From contig NC_088797.1 in NCBI RefSeq assembly GCF_011386835.1, forward strand, positions 5,270,001 through 5,334,000: a stretch of 64,000 nt of DNA, in the 5' to 3' direction. Positions 1 through 12,023 of the stretch are shown here, one piece after another. Source of the stretch: Chrysemys picta bellii (taxonomy: Eukaryota). Each line of letters begins with the position of its first letter. The first letter of the stretch is position 1. A program made the translations under genes and the position numbers. The notes under the pieces are model-generated. The model saw nothing but the letters and a program-made list of their open reading frames with translations. It did no database searches and was not told the origin of the DNA.

Positions 1-37
1 TTGTAGAGCTCAGGGACTTAAATGTGGAGGAGACTAA

Positions 38-313
38 TGGTATGTCTACACTTAAAATGCCACAGCTGTAGCTGCTCCGCTGCAGCACTTCAGCATAGAC
101 AGTCAGTACAGCGACAGGAGGGATTCTTCCATTGCTGTCATTAATCCACCTTCCCGAGAGGTGATAGCTAGGTTGATGGAAGAATTCTTCTGTCAAGCTA
201 GCACTGTCTACACTGGAGGCTAGGTTGGCATAGCTATGTCTCTGAGATGTGGATTTTTCACACCCATGAGAGATGTAGCTATGCTGATGTAAATTTTCAA
301 TTTAGGCCAGCCC
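38..313. mobile_element. PIF/Harbinger-type non-autonomous element (MITE)
   Basis: Left end ggtatgtctacact after TAA; degenerate right end ...taggccagccc; internal similarity to the element at 5977. Confidence 0.6.
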
Positions 314-329
314 TTGGAATTTCTTTGAG

Positions 330-1519
330 TCGGGGTGCAAAACCTTTCTGGAATTTGTGTTTCAAGGAAGAGTAAGAAAATTGTAGGGAAAGGCTCCATA
401 CCTGCCTGACTGGTGGAATAACCACCTGAAAAAGAATTTTTGGAATAAGCAGACCCAGCAAGGAAGAAGGGATTGATCATCAAAGAAAACTATGCCTTGG
501 AGGTCAGAAAGTGTAGGAAGAAAGTGAGAATTGCCGAAGTCAAGGAATTCCTTGCAAAGGAAATTAAAACAAATAATAAAAGGATCTTTAGCCATATAAA
601 TAAAAGAATAAGTAAATAAGTGGAGCCCCTAAGCAGTGAGGATGCGTTAAAAATTAAGGATAATCTAGGTATGGCCTGAAAATTAAATTAATACTTTGCC
701 TCAGTAAAGATGGTAATGGGGGCAAAGACAAGATGGCAAATGGGAGTGAGTGTATAGAAGTGGAAATTACTACATCCATGTTGGAAGCAAAACTCAAAGT
801 GCTTAATGTGCTCAAATCTGGAGGTCCAGGTAATCTCCATCCCAGAATACCGAATGAACCGCCACATGAAATTGCAAATCTGGTAGCAAGGATTTTTAAT
901 AAATCTGTCAAATTGGGGGGGTGGTACTGTATGACTGGAGAGTAGTAAATATAACACTTTAGGAGACAAAAAGTGATCCAGTCAACTACAGATTTGTTAG
1001 TCTCACCTCAATAGTATGCAAAACTTTAGAATAAACTTTGAAGGAAAGAATAATTAAAGACCTGGAACTAAATGGAAAATCAGATAAAATGCAACATTGA
1101 TTTACCAAAGGTAGATTGTGCCAGACTAACATGATGTCTTGCTTTGATGAGATAAAAGATTTTTTAGACAAGGGGAAGTGGTAGAGCTCATCTATCTGGA
1201 CTTCATTTAAGCATTTGACATGGTATCAGATGGTTAATCATTAGTTAAGGTGGAGAACATGGGGATTGGTACAAGAATTGTAAGGTGGATACGGAACTGG
1301 CTACAAGGAAGATGACAAAGGGTTGTGCTGAAAGGAAACCTGCAGGGCTGGAAAGAGGTTATTACAAGAGTTCCTCAAGGATTGATCTTGCTTAATATTT
1401 TCATTCATGATTTTGGCACACAAAGTGTGCTAATGAAATTTGCTGATGACATAAAGTTGGTAGGCATCATCAATACAAAGGGGGACTGGAATATTATACA
1501 GGAAGAATTGGATGCTTGT
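330..1519 (+). mobile_element. CR1 LINE ORF2 fragment, degraded
   Basis: RT remnants (YLDF..AFD-like codons near 1195; VPQG...LLNIFIHD and MKFADDIKL in ORF 1325-1555), with many stops and indels. Confidence 0.8.
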
Positions 1520-3190
1520 AGGGGAGAAAAATGTCAAAGAAACCCACCACAGTAGCATTTAACTTCAAAAAAAGGAACTACACAAAAATGAGAAAGCTAG
1601 TTAGACGGAAATTAGAAGGAACAGTCACAAGGGTGAAATGCTTGCAAACTGCATTGAAACAATATAAAAAGATCATAATAGAGGCTCAAACTAAATGTAT
1701 ACCCCAAATATTTAAAAAAAATTGGTAAGAGGACCAAAAAAGGTCAGCATGGCTAAACAGCAGAGTAAAAGAGGGCAGGTAGAGGCAAAAAGGCATCCTT
1801 TAAAAATTGGAAGTCAGATCCGAATGAGGAATATAGGAAGGAACATACACGCTGTCAAATCAAGTGTAAAAGTATAATAAGGCAGGCCAAGAAAGAGCTT
1901 GAAGAGCAAATAGCTATACAATTTATTTTAAGTACATCAGAAGCATGAAGCCTGTCAAACAGTCAGTGGGGCCATTGGACAATCAAGGTGCTAACGGAGC
2001 ACTCAAAGACAAGGCCATTGTGTAGACTAAATGAATTCTTTGCAACAGTCTTCACTGCAGAGGATGTGAGGGAGAACCCCCACACTCAAGTCATTCTTTT
2101 TTAGGTGACAAATCTGAGGAACTATCCCGAGAGTGAGGTGTCGGTAGAGGCGGTTTTAGACTAAATTGAAGGAAGTTCTGAAGGAACTCTTAATTTTAAA
2201 GTGCAAAACTACTAACTCTGGTATGTAACCTATCACTTAAATCGGCGCCTGTGCCAGATGACTGGAGGATAGCTAACGTAATGCCGATTTTTAAAAAAGG
2301 CTCCAGAGGTGATCCTTGAAATTACAGGCTGGTGAGTCTAATTATACATACAGAATCATAGGTTTTAAATTAGCTGCTGCCACTCAAGAAAGAGATCTTG
2401 GAGTCATCATGGATGGTTCTCTGCAAACATCTGCTCAATGTGCAGTGGCAGTCAAATGCTAACAGACTATTAGGAACCATTAGGAAAGGGGTAGATAATA
2501 AATTGAAACTATCATAATGCCACTATATAAGTCCATGGTATGCCCACTCCTTGAATACTGTGTGCAGTTCAAGTTGCGTCATCTCGAAAAAGATATATTA
2601 GAATTGAAAAAGATGCAGAGAAGGGCAGTGAAAATGATTCGGTATCTGGAACAGCATCCAGAGGAGGAGAGATTAAAAAGATTGGGACTGCTCAGCTTAG
2701 AAAAGAGACGACTAAGGGGAAATATAATAAAGATCTATAAAATCAAGAATGGTCTGGAGAAAGTAAATAGGGAAGTGTTATTTACCACTTTCCATAGCAC
2801 AACAACTAGGGGTCATCGATGTAATTAATAGGCAGTAGGTTTAAAATAAACAAAAGGAAGTACTTCTTCTACACAATGCACAATTGTTGCCATGGGATAT
2901 TGTGAAGGCCAAAAAAGTATAACTAGGTTCAAAAAAGAATTAGATAAGTTCATGGAGGATAGGTCCACTGATGGCTATTAGCCGGGATAGTCAGGGATGC
3001 AACCCCATGATCTGGGTGTCCCTAAACCTCTGACTGCCAGAAGCTGAGAGCAGATGCCATGCATCACTTGAAATCGCCCTGTTCTGTTCATTCCCTCTGA
3101 GGCATCTGGCACAAGCCGCTATCAGAGACAGGATATTTGGCTAGATAGACCATTGGTCTGACTCAGTATGGCTGTTATGTTCCATGCTTA
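1520..3190 (+). mobile_element. CR1 LINE 3' portion with internal deletion
   Basis: FNFKKRNYTKMRKLV (ORF 1531); PLYKSMVCPLLEYCVQF and QRRAVKMI...EERLKRLGLLSLEKRRLRG (ORF 2517); CR1-type 3' tail near 3160-3190. Confidence 0.88.
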
Positions 3191-5149
3191 TGACTTAGGC
3201 TTGAAAAATTTCTCCAGCACCACCAGCACAAGGATGAAGCCTCCTTGCCCAGGTGAAGCAATATCTACACCTCATGTCCCCCAGTAATGACACCCACAAT
3301 TAAAACCAGTTGTGTTCTGGTTTTGTATTATATTTGTTTGTAGCATTGTCAATCAACTTTCTATTGAATGAACTTTAACATTGTAATTTACTCTGCCTTT
3401 TGTGGGGGGTTTTAACCTGGTTTCCCCTTCTTGCTTCACTCGTCTTTTTCTTTCCTATTGTCTGTGTTGTTTTAGGTGTGTGATGTTCCTTCTTTTCCTT
3501 CTCTTCTTCTGTGTCCTTATACTTCGTTGTTTTCTTTCCTACGTATTGTACTGTACCTTCTCACCTATATTTTTGGTCTCACTTTTCTTCCACTTCTTCC
3601 CAAAGATCTATCTTTCTCTGTCTATGCATCTGTTTTGTACTCCCCATTTGCTTTCTCACTCACCCCTCATGTCCACCCTTTCTCTCTTTTATACCCCTCT
3701 TTCTCCCTATACGTTCACCCATCTGCCCACAGGCTCCTTTCTGCATCCTGTTCTACCTAAAATAACAGCAGACCCTGAACTGCTCTGCTTCATCAGTTAA
3801 GCCCCCTCCTGCAGGAAAATATTAGCAGTACTACTGGTCTCCCTTCCCTTTCTCTTAAAGGAATATTGGCTCCTGCATCATTCATCTTCTAGGCTTTTCT
3901 TTTTGCTCAGGCTGCTCTGCTCCCTAGCCCCAGTATGCCCACTTGATTTTTTTTGTTCCAAATTCCTTATCGCCCCAGCAAGTGAGTTTTTCAAACCCTG
4001 TTTATGCATTCAAAATTATCCCCCCCCCCAAACCATTGACAGATCTTTTTTTAGTACTGCCCAAAACTATATTTATACTTTAAAACAATGATACTTGAGT
4101 GATTCAGGAAAGAAAAACAAGTAACGCATGTGCAAGAATAGTAATTTTCTCATCTTGTAGCACATACATTTGGTCTGCTCAAGCCATGAAAAAGAAAATT
4201 ATCACTCCATCTACAGCTCCCATAAAATCAGTTTCTCATCTGACTTTATTATTCTTAGTTTCTGATTTGACAGTCAGTAATCTTGTCCATTGAACTGATG
4301 AATTGCTCTTTCTGCTGCCACTCTTCTCCCTCTACTGGAATACTGATGTATTCATGACATGCTGGGGAAATGTTTCGAAATAGTATAGTAAAAGCCAGCC
4401 TGAGGTCCAACATGCAGAATTAGGCCCGCTCAGAATCCTATATAGCAAAAACATTGTTGATGGGGGGAGGGGCAGGGGTAATAACAAGGTGGAAAGAGTA
4501 GACAGTAGCAAGAAAGAGGACAACCAACATATATGTATCTGTTTAATAGATAAATAAAAAGGTATCTGTTTGACTGATTGGCACAAGCCGTTTTAAAGCA
4601 GTAACCATGTTTAAATAACTGGACCATTGTCAACATTTTTAACAGAAAAATAGGCAAATATATTGGCTCATTTTAAGGGCTAGTTCATCGTGTAATTTTA
4701 TTTCAGAATTAAGTCTTTTGTTTTACTTTTGGCTAAACTGGTTTATCTCCTTCAACAATGTGCAAAAAAAGAAAAGAAAAAAGAAACCTTATTGATTACA
4801 ATGCCTGTGACAGCTTCCTCCATAACAAGCCAGAACTGTGTTAGCAAATCAGAGCTGTGACATAAGTTAGAAAAATTCAACATCAAGACTATAATTCTGT
4901 CTTTTAACTTTCCCTAGATATACAAGTATTTGAGCTCAGTGATGATGTGATGTTAGGTTCCCCATGAACTTGGGAGAAACCAATAGGGTCTTTTCCCACT
5001 TAGATTCTGTAGCAGAAAGAAGAGTTTTGCATCATTCAAGAAAGAATTTGAGATCTGTTACCACCTGAATCACTTGCTTTTTTGCTTATGTCACAGACTT
5101 AATATTGAGTGTAATGTATGCATTTTACATATTATAGAAAACAACTGTC

Positions 5150-5555
5150 CAATTTGTCCACATCTTACCTATAGTGTGGCACCCAAAACTAGACACAATT
5201 CTGCAGTTTGAGGCCTCACCAGTGCCAAGTAGAGAAGAACAATTACCTACTGTGTTTTACTTGGGACACACTGGTTAATACACCCCAGAATGTTATAGTC
5301 TTTTTTGCTACTGCATCACATTGTTGACTTATGTTCAATTTGTGATGCACTATAACCTCTAGATCCTTTTCTTCTGTACTAATGCCTAACCAGTTATTAT
5401 CCATGTTGCATTTGTGCCTTTGATTTTTCCTTCCTAAGTGTAGTACTTTGCACTTGCCTATATTTTATTTTGTTGATTTCAGACTAGTTCTCAAATTTAT
5501 CAAGGTCCTTGCTTACAACTCCTCTGAGCTTAGTGTTGTCCACAAACTTTATTTC
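5150..5555 (-). mobile_element. CR1 LINE fragment
   Basis: Reverse-complement similarity to the CR1 segment at 36000-36200 (gaggcctcaccagtgc, ctgcatcacattgttgac). Confidence 0.7.
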
Positions 5556-5976
5556 CGCATTGAAGTGGACAATATGCTTATAAAGAGCATAAATGGTGAC
5601 TGGTAAATTTGATTCTTAAAATTCTTTAACATTTAATAATCTAAAATCCCAGTCCTGGAAACACTTAAGCATGTGTGTGTACCATTGCTCACATGAATAG
5701 TCCCATTGTCTTCAATAGGACAACATACATGAATGTTATGCATGTGCTTAAGTGTTTGCATGCAAGCTCTAGGACTTCAGTGGTGCTACTCACTGCAATT
5801 AAAGTTTAGCATGTGCATAAATCTTTGTAAGATTAGGATCTAAGATGTCATAAGTAACAGGTAATTAAATTTGTTTACAGTATATGGCCCCGATCTTGCA
5901 AAGATTTACACACCTGTCTATCTCTATTCAATGTAAGTAATCAGATTAATGTCAGTGGGACTAAGCATGTGACTGA

Positions 5977-6276
5977 GGGCTTGTCTACACTGCCACTTTT
6001 GTCGGTATAACTTACAGTATGTCACACAGGGGTGTGAAAAAACACACCTCTGAGCAACATAAGTTACTCTGACAAAAGCATCGGTGTGGACAGTGCTATG
6101 TTGGTGAGAGAGCTTCTCCCACTGACATAGCTGTCAGCGCTCATGCAAGTGGTTTTATGATGTTGAAGGGAGAGCTCTCTTCTGTTGGCATAGAGCCACT
6201 ACACAAGCAATCTTACAGCAGTGCACTTTTATTGGTACAGCTGTGCTGCTGTAAGCTCGCTAGTGTAGACATAGTC
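5977..6276. mobile_element. PIF/Harbinger-type MITE nested in a small hairpin MITE (host about 5886-6298)
   Basis: TIRs gggcttgtctacact / agtgtagacatagtc flanked by TGA/TAA; host ends ggccccgatcttgca ... gcaggatcagtgc. Confidence 0.75.
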
Positions 6277-6480
6277 TAAGACTTCGCAGGATCAGTGCTT
6301 GTGACTTTAAATTGGTAATTTTACTTTAACATTTTAATTCACAGGGGAAAAAATCCCTGAATTTTAAAAATATTTTTGGAGTCAGTTCATAGAAGAGTTT
6401 AATTTTGCAAAACTTATGGTTACTTCCAAGCATGCAAAGCTGCTAATAATCAGAAATATTTTTCACCAAAGGTTTGTATC

Positions 6481-8085
6481 TAGGGCAGTTAACTTACGTG
6501 ATTAACTCAAAAATATTAATCGCGATTAAAAAATGTATTGTGATCAATCACACTGTTTAAACAATAGAATACCAATTGAAATGTATTAAATATTTTGGAT
6601 GTTTTTCTACATTTTCAAATATATTGATTTTTATTACACACAGAATACAAAGTGTACAATGCTCACTTTATATTATTATTTTTATTACAAATGGTATTTT
6701 TCAATTCACCTCATACAAGTACTGTAATGCAATCTCTTTATCCTGAAAGTGTAACTTACAAATGTAGATGTTTGTTGTTGTTACATAGCTGCACTCAAAA
6801 ACAAAATAATGTAAAACTTTAGAACCTACAAGTCCACTCAGTCCTCCTTCTTGTTCAGACAATTGCTAAGATAAACAAGTTTGTTTACATTTACGGGAGA
6901 TAATGCTGCCTGCTTCTTATTTACAGTGTCACCTGAAAGTGAGAACAGGCGTTCGCATGGCACTTTTGTAGCCGGCGTTGCAAGGTATTTACATGCCAGA
7001 TATGCTAAACATTCGTATGCCCCTTCATGCTTCGGCCACCACCCCAAAGAACATGCTTCCACACTGATAATGCTTGTTAAAAAAAAAATGCGTTAATTTA
7101 AATTAGTGACTGAACTCCTTGGGGGAGAATAGTATGTCTCCTATTCTGTTTTACTCGCATTCTACCAAATATTTCGTGTTCTAACAGTCTTGGATGATGA
7201 CCCAGCACATGTTCCTTTTACGAACACTTTCACTGCAGATTTGACAAAACGCAAAGAAGGTACCAATGTGAGATTTCTAAAAATAGCTACAGCACTTGAC
7301 CAAAAGTTTAAGAATCTGAAGTGCCATCCAAAATCTGAGAGGACGAGATGTGGAGCATGTTTTCGGAAGTCTTAAAAGAACAACACTCCGTTGCGGAAAC
7401 TACAGAACCCGAACCACCAAAAAAGAAAATCAGCCTTCTGCTGGTGGCATCTGACTCAGATAATGAAAATGAACATGTGTTGGTCCGCACTGTTCTGAAT
7501 CGTTATCGAGCAGAACCTGTAATCAGCATGGACGCATGTTCTCGGGAATGGTGGTTGAAGATTAAGGTACATATGAATCTTTAGTGCACCTGGCATGTAA
7601 ATATCTTGCAATGCCGGCTACAGCAGTGCCATGCAAACGCCTGTTCTCACTTTCAGGTGACATTGTAAACAATAAGAAGGCAGCATTATCTCCTGCAAAT
7701 TGTAACCAAACTTGTTTGTCTGAGTGATTGCCTGAAGTAGGACTGAGTGGACTGTAGGTTCTAAAGTTTGACATTGTTTTATTTTTGAATGCAGTTTGTA
7801 CATAATTCTACATTTGTAAGTTCAACTTTCATAATAAAGAAATTGCATTACAGTACTTGTATTAGGTGAAATGAAAAATACAGTTTCTTTTGTTTTTTAC
7901 AGTGCAATATTTGTAATAAAAATAAATATAAAGTGAGCACTGTACTCTTTGTATTGTGTTGTAATTAAATTCAATGTATTTGAAAATGTAGAAAACATCC
8001 AAAAATATTTAAGTAAATGGTATTCTATTATTGTTTAACAGTGCAATTAATCACGATTAATTTTTTTAATTGCCTAACAGCCCTA
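6481..8085 (+). mobile_element. Non-autonomous hAT element with hATC dimerisation-domain remnants, largely an inverted repeat
   Basis: TIRs tagggcagtt / aacagcccta; degenerate 8-bp TSD tttgtatc / gtcatatc. YLATPATKVPCERLFSLSGD on minus (6838-7062) and the same region on plus (about 7520-7740). Confidence 0.88.
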
Positions 8086-9229
8086 GTCATATCACTTAAT
8101 TAGATACTGCTCAACACCATCTATTAGCTTAGGCAAAAAATGAAGATATTAAAAATAAAATGTTGGGCAGTAGTTACAAAATCTGTGAATCAAAAACGTG
8201 ACCCAGCAGTTTTGTAAAGAACCAATAATTTGTGCGTGAATAACTGGAAAATGAAATTGAGTAAAAACAAAAGTGAAATTTACCTATTCAGAATATATTT
8301 AATTGTGCAGTCTGAGTGGAATGTAAAAAGCAAAACGGTATCAGTCTAATTAATATATTCAGTTTTAACAAAGAACGTTTATTTTTTGGAGTATTTTAAA
8401 ATATCCACTTTAAATGGGTTGTGCCCCTTTAATTTCAGTGTGTCACTGTACAGCGGTCAGTGGAGCTGCTGACCTAGGAGCTTGAAGCAGTTAAGGATTC
8501 TTTAGAATAATTTGTCTTGCTCGTCATCATTTTAGCTTTACATCTTTCTCATGAAAGGAAAAGATTTTTCTTGCTGTTGCTGCTTTCTTTTAACCCCAAA
8601 TAACCCAGAGCGTAGAAAGTTGGCAGCCTGTGTCTTCATCTGTGTGTTTTGACAGATGTAAAGTCGTGAAGACATTCCCACTAGTAAATCTACCTAGCTG
8701 GAAAAACAATAATGCGAACTGTATTAGATATTAAATGGCACCTTTTAAGGCAAGATTGGTGGGTGACCCTTGTGAAAGGAGTATGTATAGGGTGGGGTGA
8801 GGATGAGTTACATACATGGGGTTAGTTTCCTGCTTGTTTCCTATACAGCCTCTACTCCTGGGCGTGACGTGAAGACTTTAAGGTGGGGAGGGAGGCGCCC
8901 TGTTTAAGGGAGTCTGGGGAGCGCTGCTGGAATTGACCTACGTTAATCGGATCCCAATTTGTGCAGGGGGAGATGTTGGTTAGTTATTTCTAAAATGAGA
9001 AGATTGTAGCTGATGAAGACGTTACTGTATCATTTCTTCAGCCATATCCCTCCTCCCACGAGTCTGCCTCTCAGAATTCACTTGGTTGGGAGGAGAGGGG
9101 TGGGTGATGTGGACTTTGTTTTTGTAGGGTCTTCACCTCCATCCCTTTTTGCAAAGCAGCTTCTTGAGTAGGAATTGTAGGGCTGTGGGAGGAGAACAGC
9201 TGCGTTTATTGCCACCAGTGACCTAAAAG

Positions 9230-10200
9230 CGACTGTGGGGGCGGGCCAAAGGGGAAGGGAACAGCCCGGCTCACCTACGCTACTTATACACCCCTGGCCA
9301 TGAGGTGGGATCCTAAACACTGCCCCGCTTCGGACCGTTTGGGCCTCAGTGAGACTCTGAAGGGGCCTCCTAGGAAGTGAGTGGGGACCCGAATCCGAGG
9401 AAGCGGCTGGCTCCGCTCCTGTCAGCGTCCAAAGCGGCGGCAGCAGCCCGCTGTCTTGGTGGTGGCCTGGTAACATCTCGGAGCCTCCTTAACCGCGGCG
9501 CCACCTTAAGAGCCCGCTGACTTTTCTCGTTACATTGTAGCAGCGGAAAGAATGTCGGCGCGGGCCGCGGGTGACGTCAGAGGGGAACAGCGCAGAGCGG
9601 CGGCGGCCAGGCAGCGGCGGCGGCGGCCCCGGCACGGAGGAGGAGGAGGAGAGAGCGGCCCCGGCCCCTCCGCCACCACAGCGGCAATGGCGACCGTCGG
9701 AGAGCGCAGGTCCCTGCCCAGCCCGGAGGCGATGCTGGGGCAGCCCTGGAGCCACTGGGTCGATGCTGCTAAACTTCACGGAAACGATGGTGAGCAGAGC
9801 GCCCCCCCACGTTCCCCGGGGAGCTCGGGAGCGCCCGGGCACGGGGCCACCCTAGCCGGGCACCGCTCCGGGATAGCTGCCCCCGGGAGCCTTGGAGGCG
9901 GAGCGCCGCCGGGGGGAATCTGTGCGAGCCCCGGGGCCGGGACCGGGACCCTCCTCCCCGGGATCCTGGGCACGCTGCTGGAGGAATCTGTGCGAGGCAG
10001 GGTTTCCTGCAACACCCCTGTCTCTGGGATGGATCCTGGGTGCACTGGACAGAGGGTCTGTGTGAGCCCGGGGACGGGAAACTCCCCCTCCCCCATCCCT
10101 GGGATCTAGGGAGCGCTGGTGGGTGCATGAGAGAGAGACATCCCGGTGGGCACCTTGCGCCCCTGCGATCCCGGGGGCACCAATTGGAGATGTAAGTAAG
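9230..10200. promoter_or_regulatory. CpG island over the first coding exon; likely internal promoter of ATXN7
   Basis: Abrupt GC- and CpG-rich block in otherwise CpG-depleted AT-rich DNA; TGACGTCA at 9572-9579. Boundaries approximate. Confidence 0.75.
9552..9789 (+). CDS. ATXN7: Ataxin-7, first coding exon (exon starts 9541 after the acceptor; ATG 9552; phase-1 donor GT at 9790)
   Basis: Translation [21 protein letters not shown]...[36 protein letters not shown] matches the recalled human ATXN7 N-terminus (MSERAADDVRGEPRRAAAA...[36 protein letters not shown]). Acceptor cttttctcgttacattgtag at 9521-9540; donor G|gtgagc. Confidence 0.96.
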
Positions 10201-10330
10201 TCCTAGGGGCCGCCCCCCTCCCCCGGTATTCTGCATACTCTGATGGAGGAGGTGTGTGTGAGCCTCTGGTGGGGCATCACCCTTCAGAGGTACACTGTTG
10301 GAGGAACTGTGTGAGCTCCAGGATCTTGGG
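9915..10330 (+). repeat. Degenerate ~70-bp GC-rich tandem repeat in the intron after the first coding exon
   Basis: ggaatctgtgcgag at 9915 and 9983, gggtctgtgtgag at 10054; ggatcctggg-like at 9961, 10031, 10102 and 10321. Confidence 0.5.
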
Positions 10331-10529
10331 TGGACCGGTGGTCTGTACCTCATATCGATGCTGGTTTTTATGGTAGGGAACGTGCATATGCAAGTTCTAT
10401 ATGCCAGTCTCACCTGTATATCCATGTAGGACCACACAGGGTTTTGGCAAGTGTACTGGTGGGTGACTGCATCACCACGACTCTGTAAGCCCTAACGGCT
10501 GGGTGTTCTTTTGTTTTTGTTTTTTTAAG

Positions 10530-10598
10530 GAACAGCATTGGAAGAAAGTTTCAAGGAGTATGGGAAAAATCGAGAAGCAATGCGACTCTGTAGAGAAG
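10530..10598 (+). CDS. ATXN7: Ataxin-7, second coding exon (69 nt, phase 1-1)
   Basis: Long T-rich tract and AG at 10528-10529; donor G|gtgagc at 10599. Encodes (G)TALEESFKEYGKNREAMRLCRE, like human GTELDESFKEFGKNREVMGLCRE. In frame with both neighbours. Confidence 0.96.
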
Positions 10599-11827
10599 GT
10601 GAGCATGGTTTGTTATTAAGAAGAAACGTGCATGAAGAGGTTTCCCTGCTTGTAATTATGTTGTAAGAACATGCATATGGAGAAAACTCACCAGATCTTT
10701 GAAACCATTGTTATACCTAAGGTTCCTTAGTGGATGTCTTAAGGTATTAAATGGACTCTTAAAACCAAAGGTATCCTAATAAATCTGTCTGACTTACCAT
10801 ATTATTCAGACCAGGTTTTTAATTGGTTCGCATGATGATCTTTGTCCCTAAATAGTCTCTAGCGGGCCACGATATCTTTGGGAGCAGCACCCATGGACCA
10901 TTCTACAGTATCCTCTGTTGTTGTTTTCTAAATTGACTTGATCAGTTCTATTTTAGTACTAGAGCACTGATCTACTTTTTTTCCAATCAAGTCAGTGCCT
11001 CATGTTTTTTACTTAGGACAGTGTTAATACATAGTGGGAGAGTGGCATACAGACAGCAAGCAGTAAAGCAAGGATAAACAGCCTGAACTTGGACAAATAG
11101 AAATACTGTTTACCGGTGTAGACAAAAGTCAGTAATTTTGTAACTGAAGATGAAAAAAACAGTAATAAGTCTGGTTTTCATGTTTGACTGGTTGTCTCAA
11201 TTCAGAGACACTGTTTGCATCAGGGCAATGGCCTCAGAATTTTCGAATGTTGCTAACATTGATTGAGCTCCACTGGTGGTATTATCATTGGGAAGTGTAG
11301 CATATATGAGCTACGGGTGTGTTAAACATTGAGTCGGTTAGACCTGTTTTGAGTAGTTTATATGACAGTTGAAAATGTCAGTGGTAGCTTACAGCCAGAC
11401 TATAGTAGGGATCGGAGCCTTGCTAAGGCTGGTAGTACTGACCTGCTGTAAGCAACAACTGGAAATTTGATGAGAATTTTGCTGCCAAAGACTGGGTCAA
11501 AATCAGTAAGCAGCAGCCCTTATAGGAATTGCAGTGGAGTGTACATTATGTGACTCAAAAACACTGGGATCTTTCTGCCATTGTCCCAGTATAACGTATA
11601 TTTTAATCTTTGTTTTATAAGTTCATTCCTTCCACACAGGTGTGATAGTTCCATAGGTGCTTACATAGCATTATTTGTGCCTGCTATACTAAGTGTTGTG
11701 CAAAATATTATGGAAACATCAAAAATCTTTACAACCTTAACTAATGGAACCCTGGCTCCATCAGTCAAGGCTGATTTTCAAACCTCTTTCTTCCTACCTT
11801 CAAGTATTAAAATGCAAACCTCTAAGG

Positions 11828-12023
11828 CAGGGGTTCTCAAACTGGGGGTCGGGACCCCTCAGGCAAGCTGTCAACCTCCACCCCAAACCCTGCTTTGCTT
11901 CCAGCATTTATAATGGTGTTAAATATATAAAAAGTGTGTTTAATTTATGGGGGGGGGGAGAGTTCGCACTCCGAGGCTTGCTGTGTGAAAGGGGTCACCA
12001 GTATAAAAGTTTGAGAGCCACTG
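11828..12023. mobile_element. hAT (Charlie-like) MITE
   Basis: TIRs caggggttctcaaact / agtttgagagccactg; perfect 8-bp TSD ctctaagg (11820-11827, 12024-12031). Confidence 0.92.

Noticed and set aside
3402-3800. Hydrophobic ORFs here and at 50251-50574
   Set aside because: Phe/Leu/Ser richness follows from pyrimidine skew.
6838-7803. Domesticated ZBED-like gene
   Set aside because: Only short frameshifted hATC fragments inside a TIR element; no BED finger or catalytic core.
1-9200. Upstream non-coding ATXN7 exons or THOC7 exons
   Set aside because: No THOC7-like coding sequence seen; an acceptor-like tract at ~4895-4917 lacks a convincing donor.
9571-9855. Alternative-frame ORF containing PAPPPPQRQ, reminiscent of human ATXN7 PPPPQPQRQ
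   Set aside because: GTG start; the same bases align better in the main frame with human AASTSAAAMATV, so this is likely a GC-codon coincidence.
9552-10109. 185-aa ORF as a single CDS
   Set aside because: ATXN7 similarity stops at the donor at 9790; the remainder is read-through into GC-rich intron.
9078-10437. Minus-strand ORFs of 106-222 aa
   Set aside because: Stop-poor CpG island and tandem-repeat sequence; no recognisable domain.
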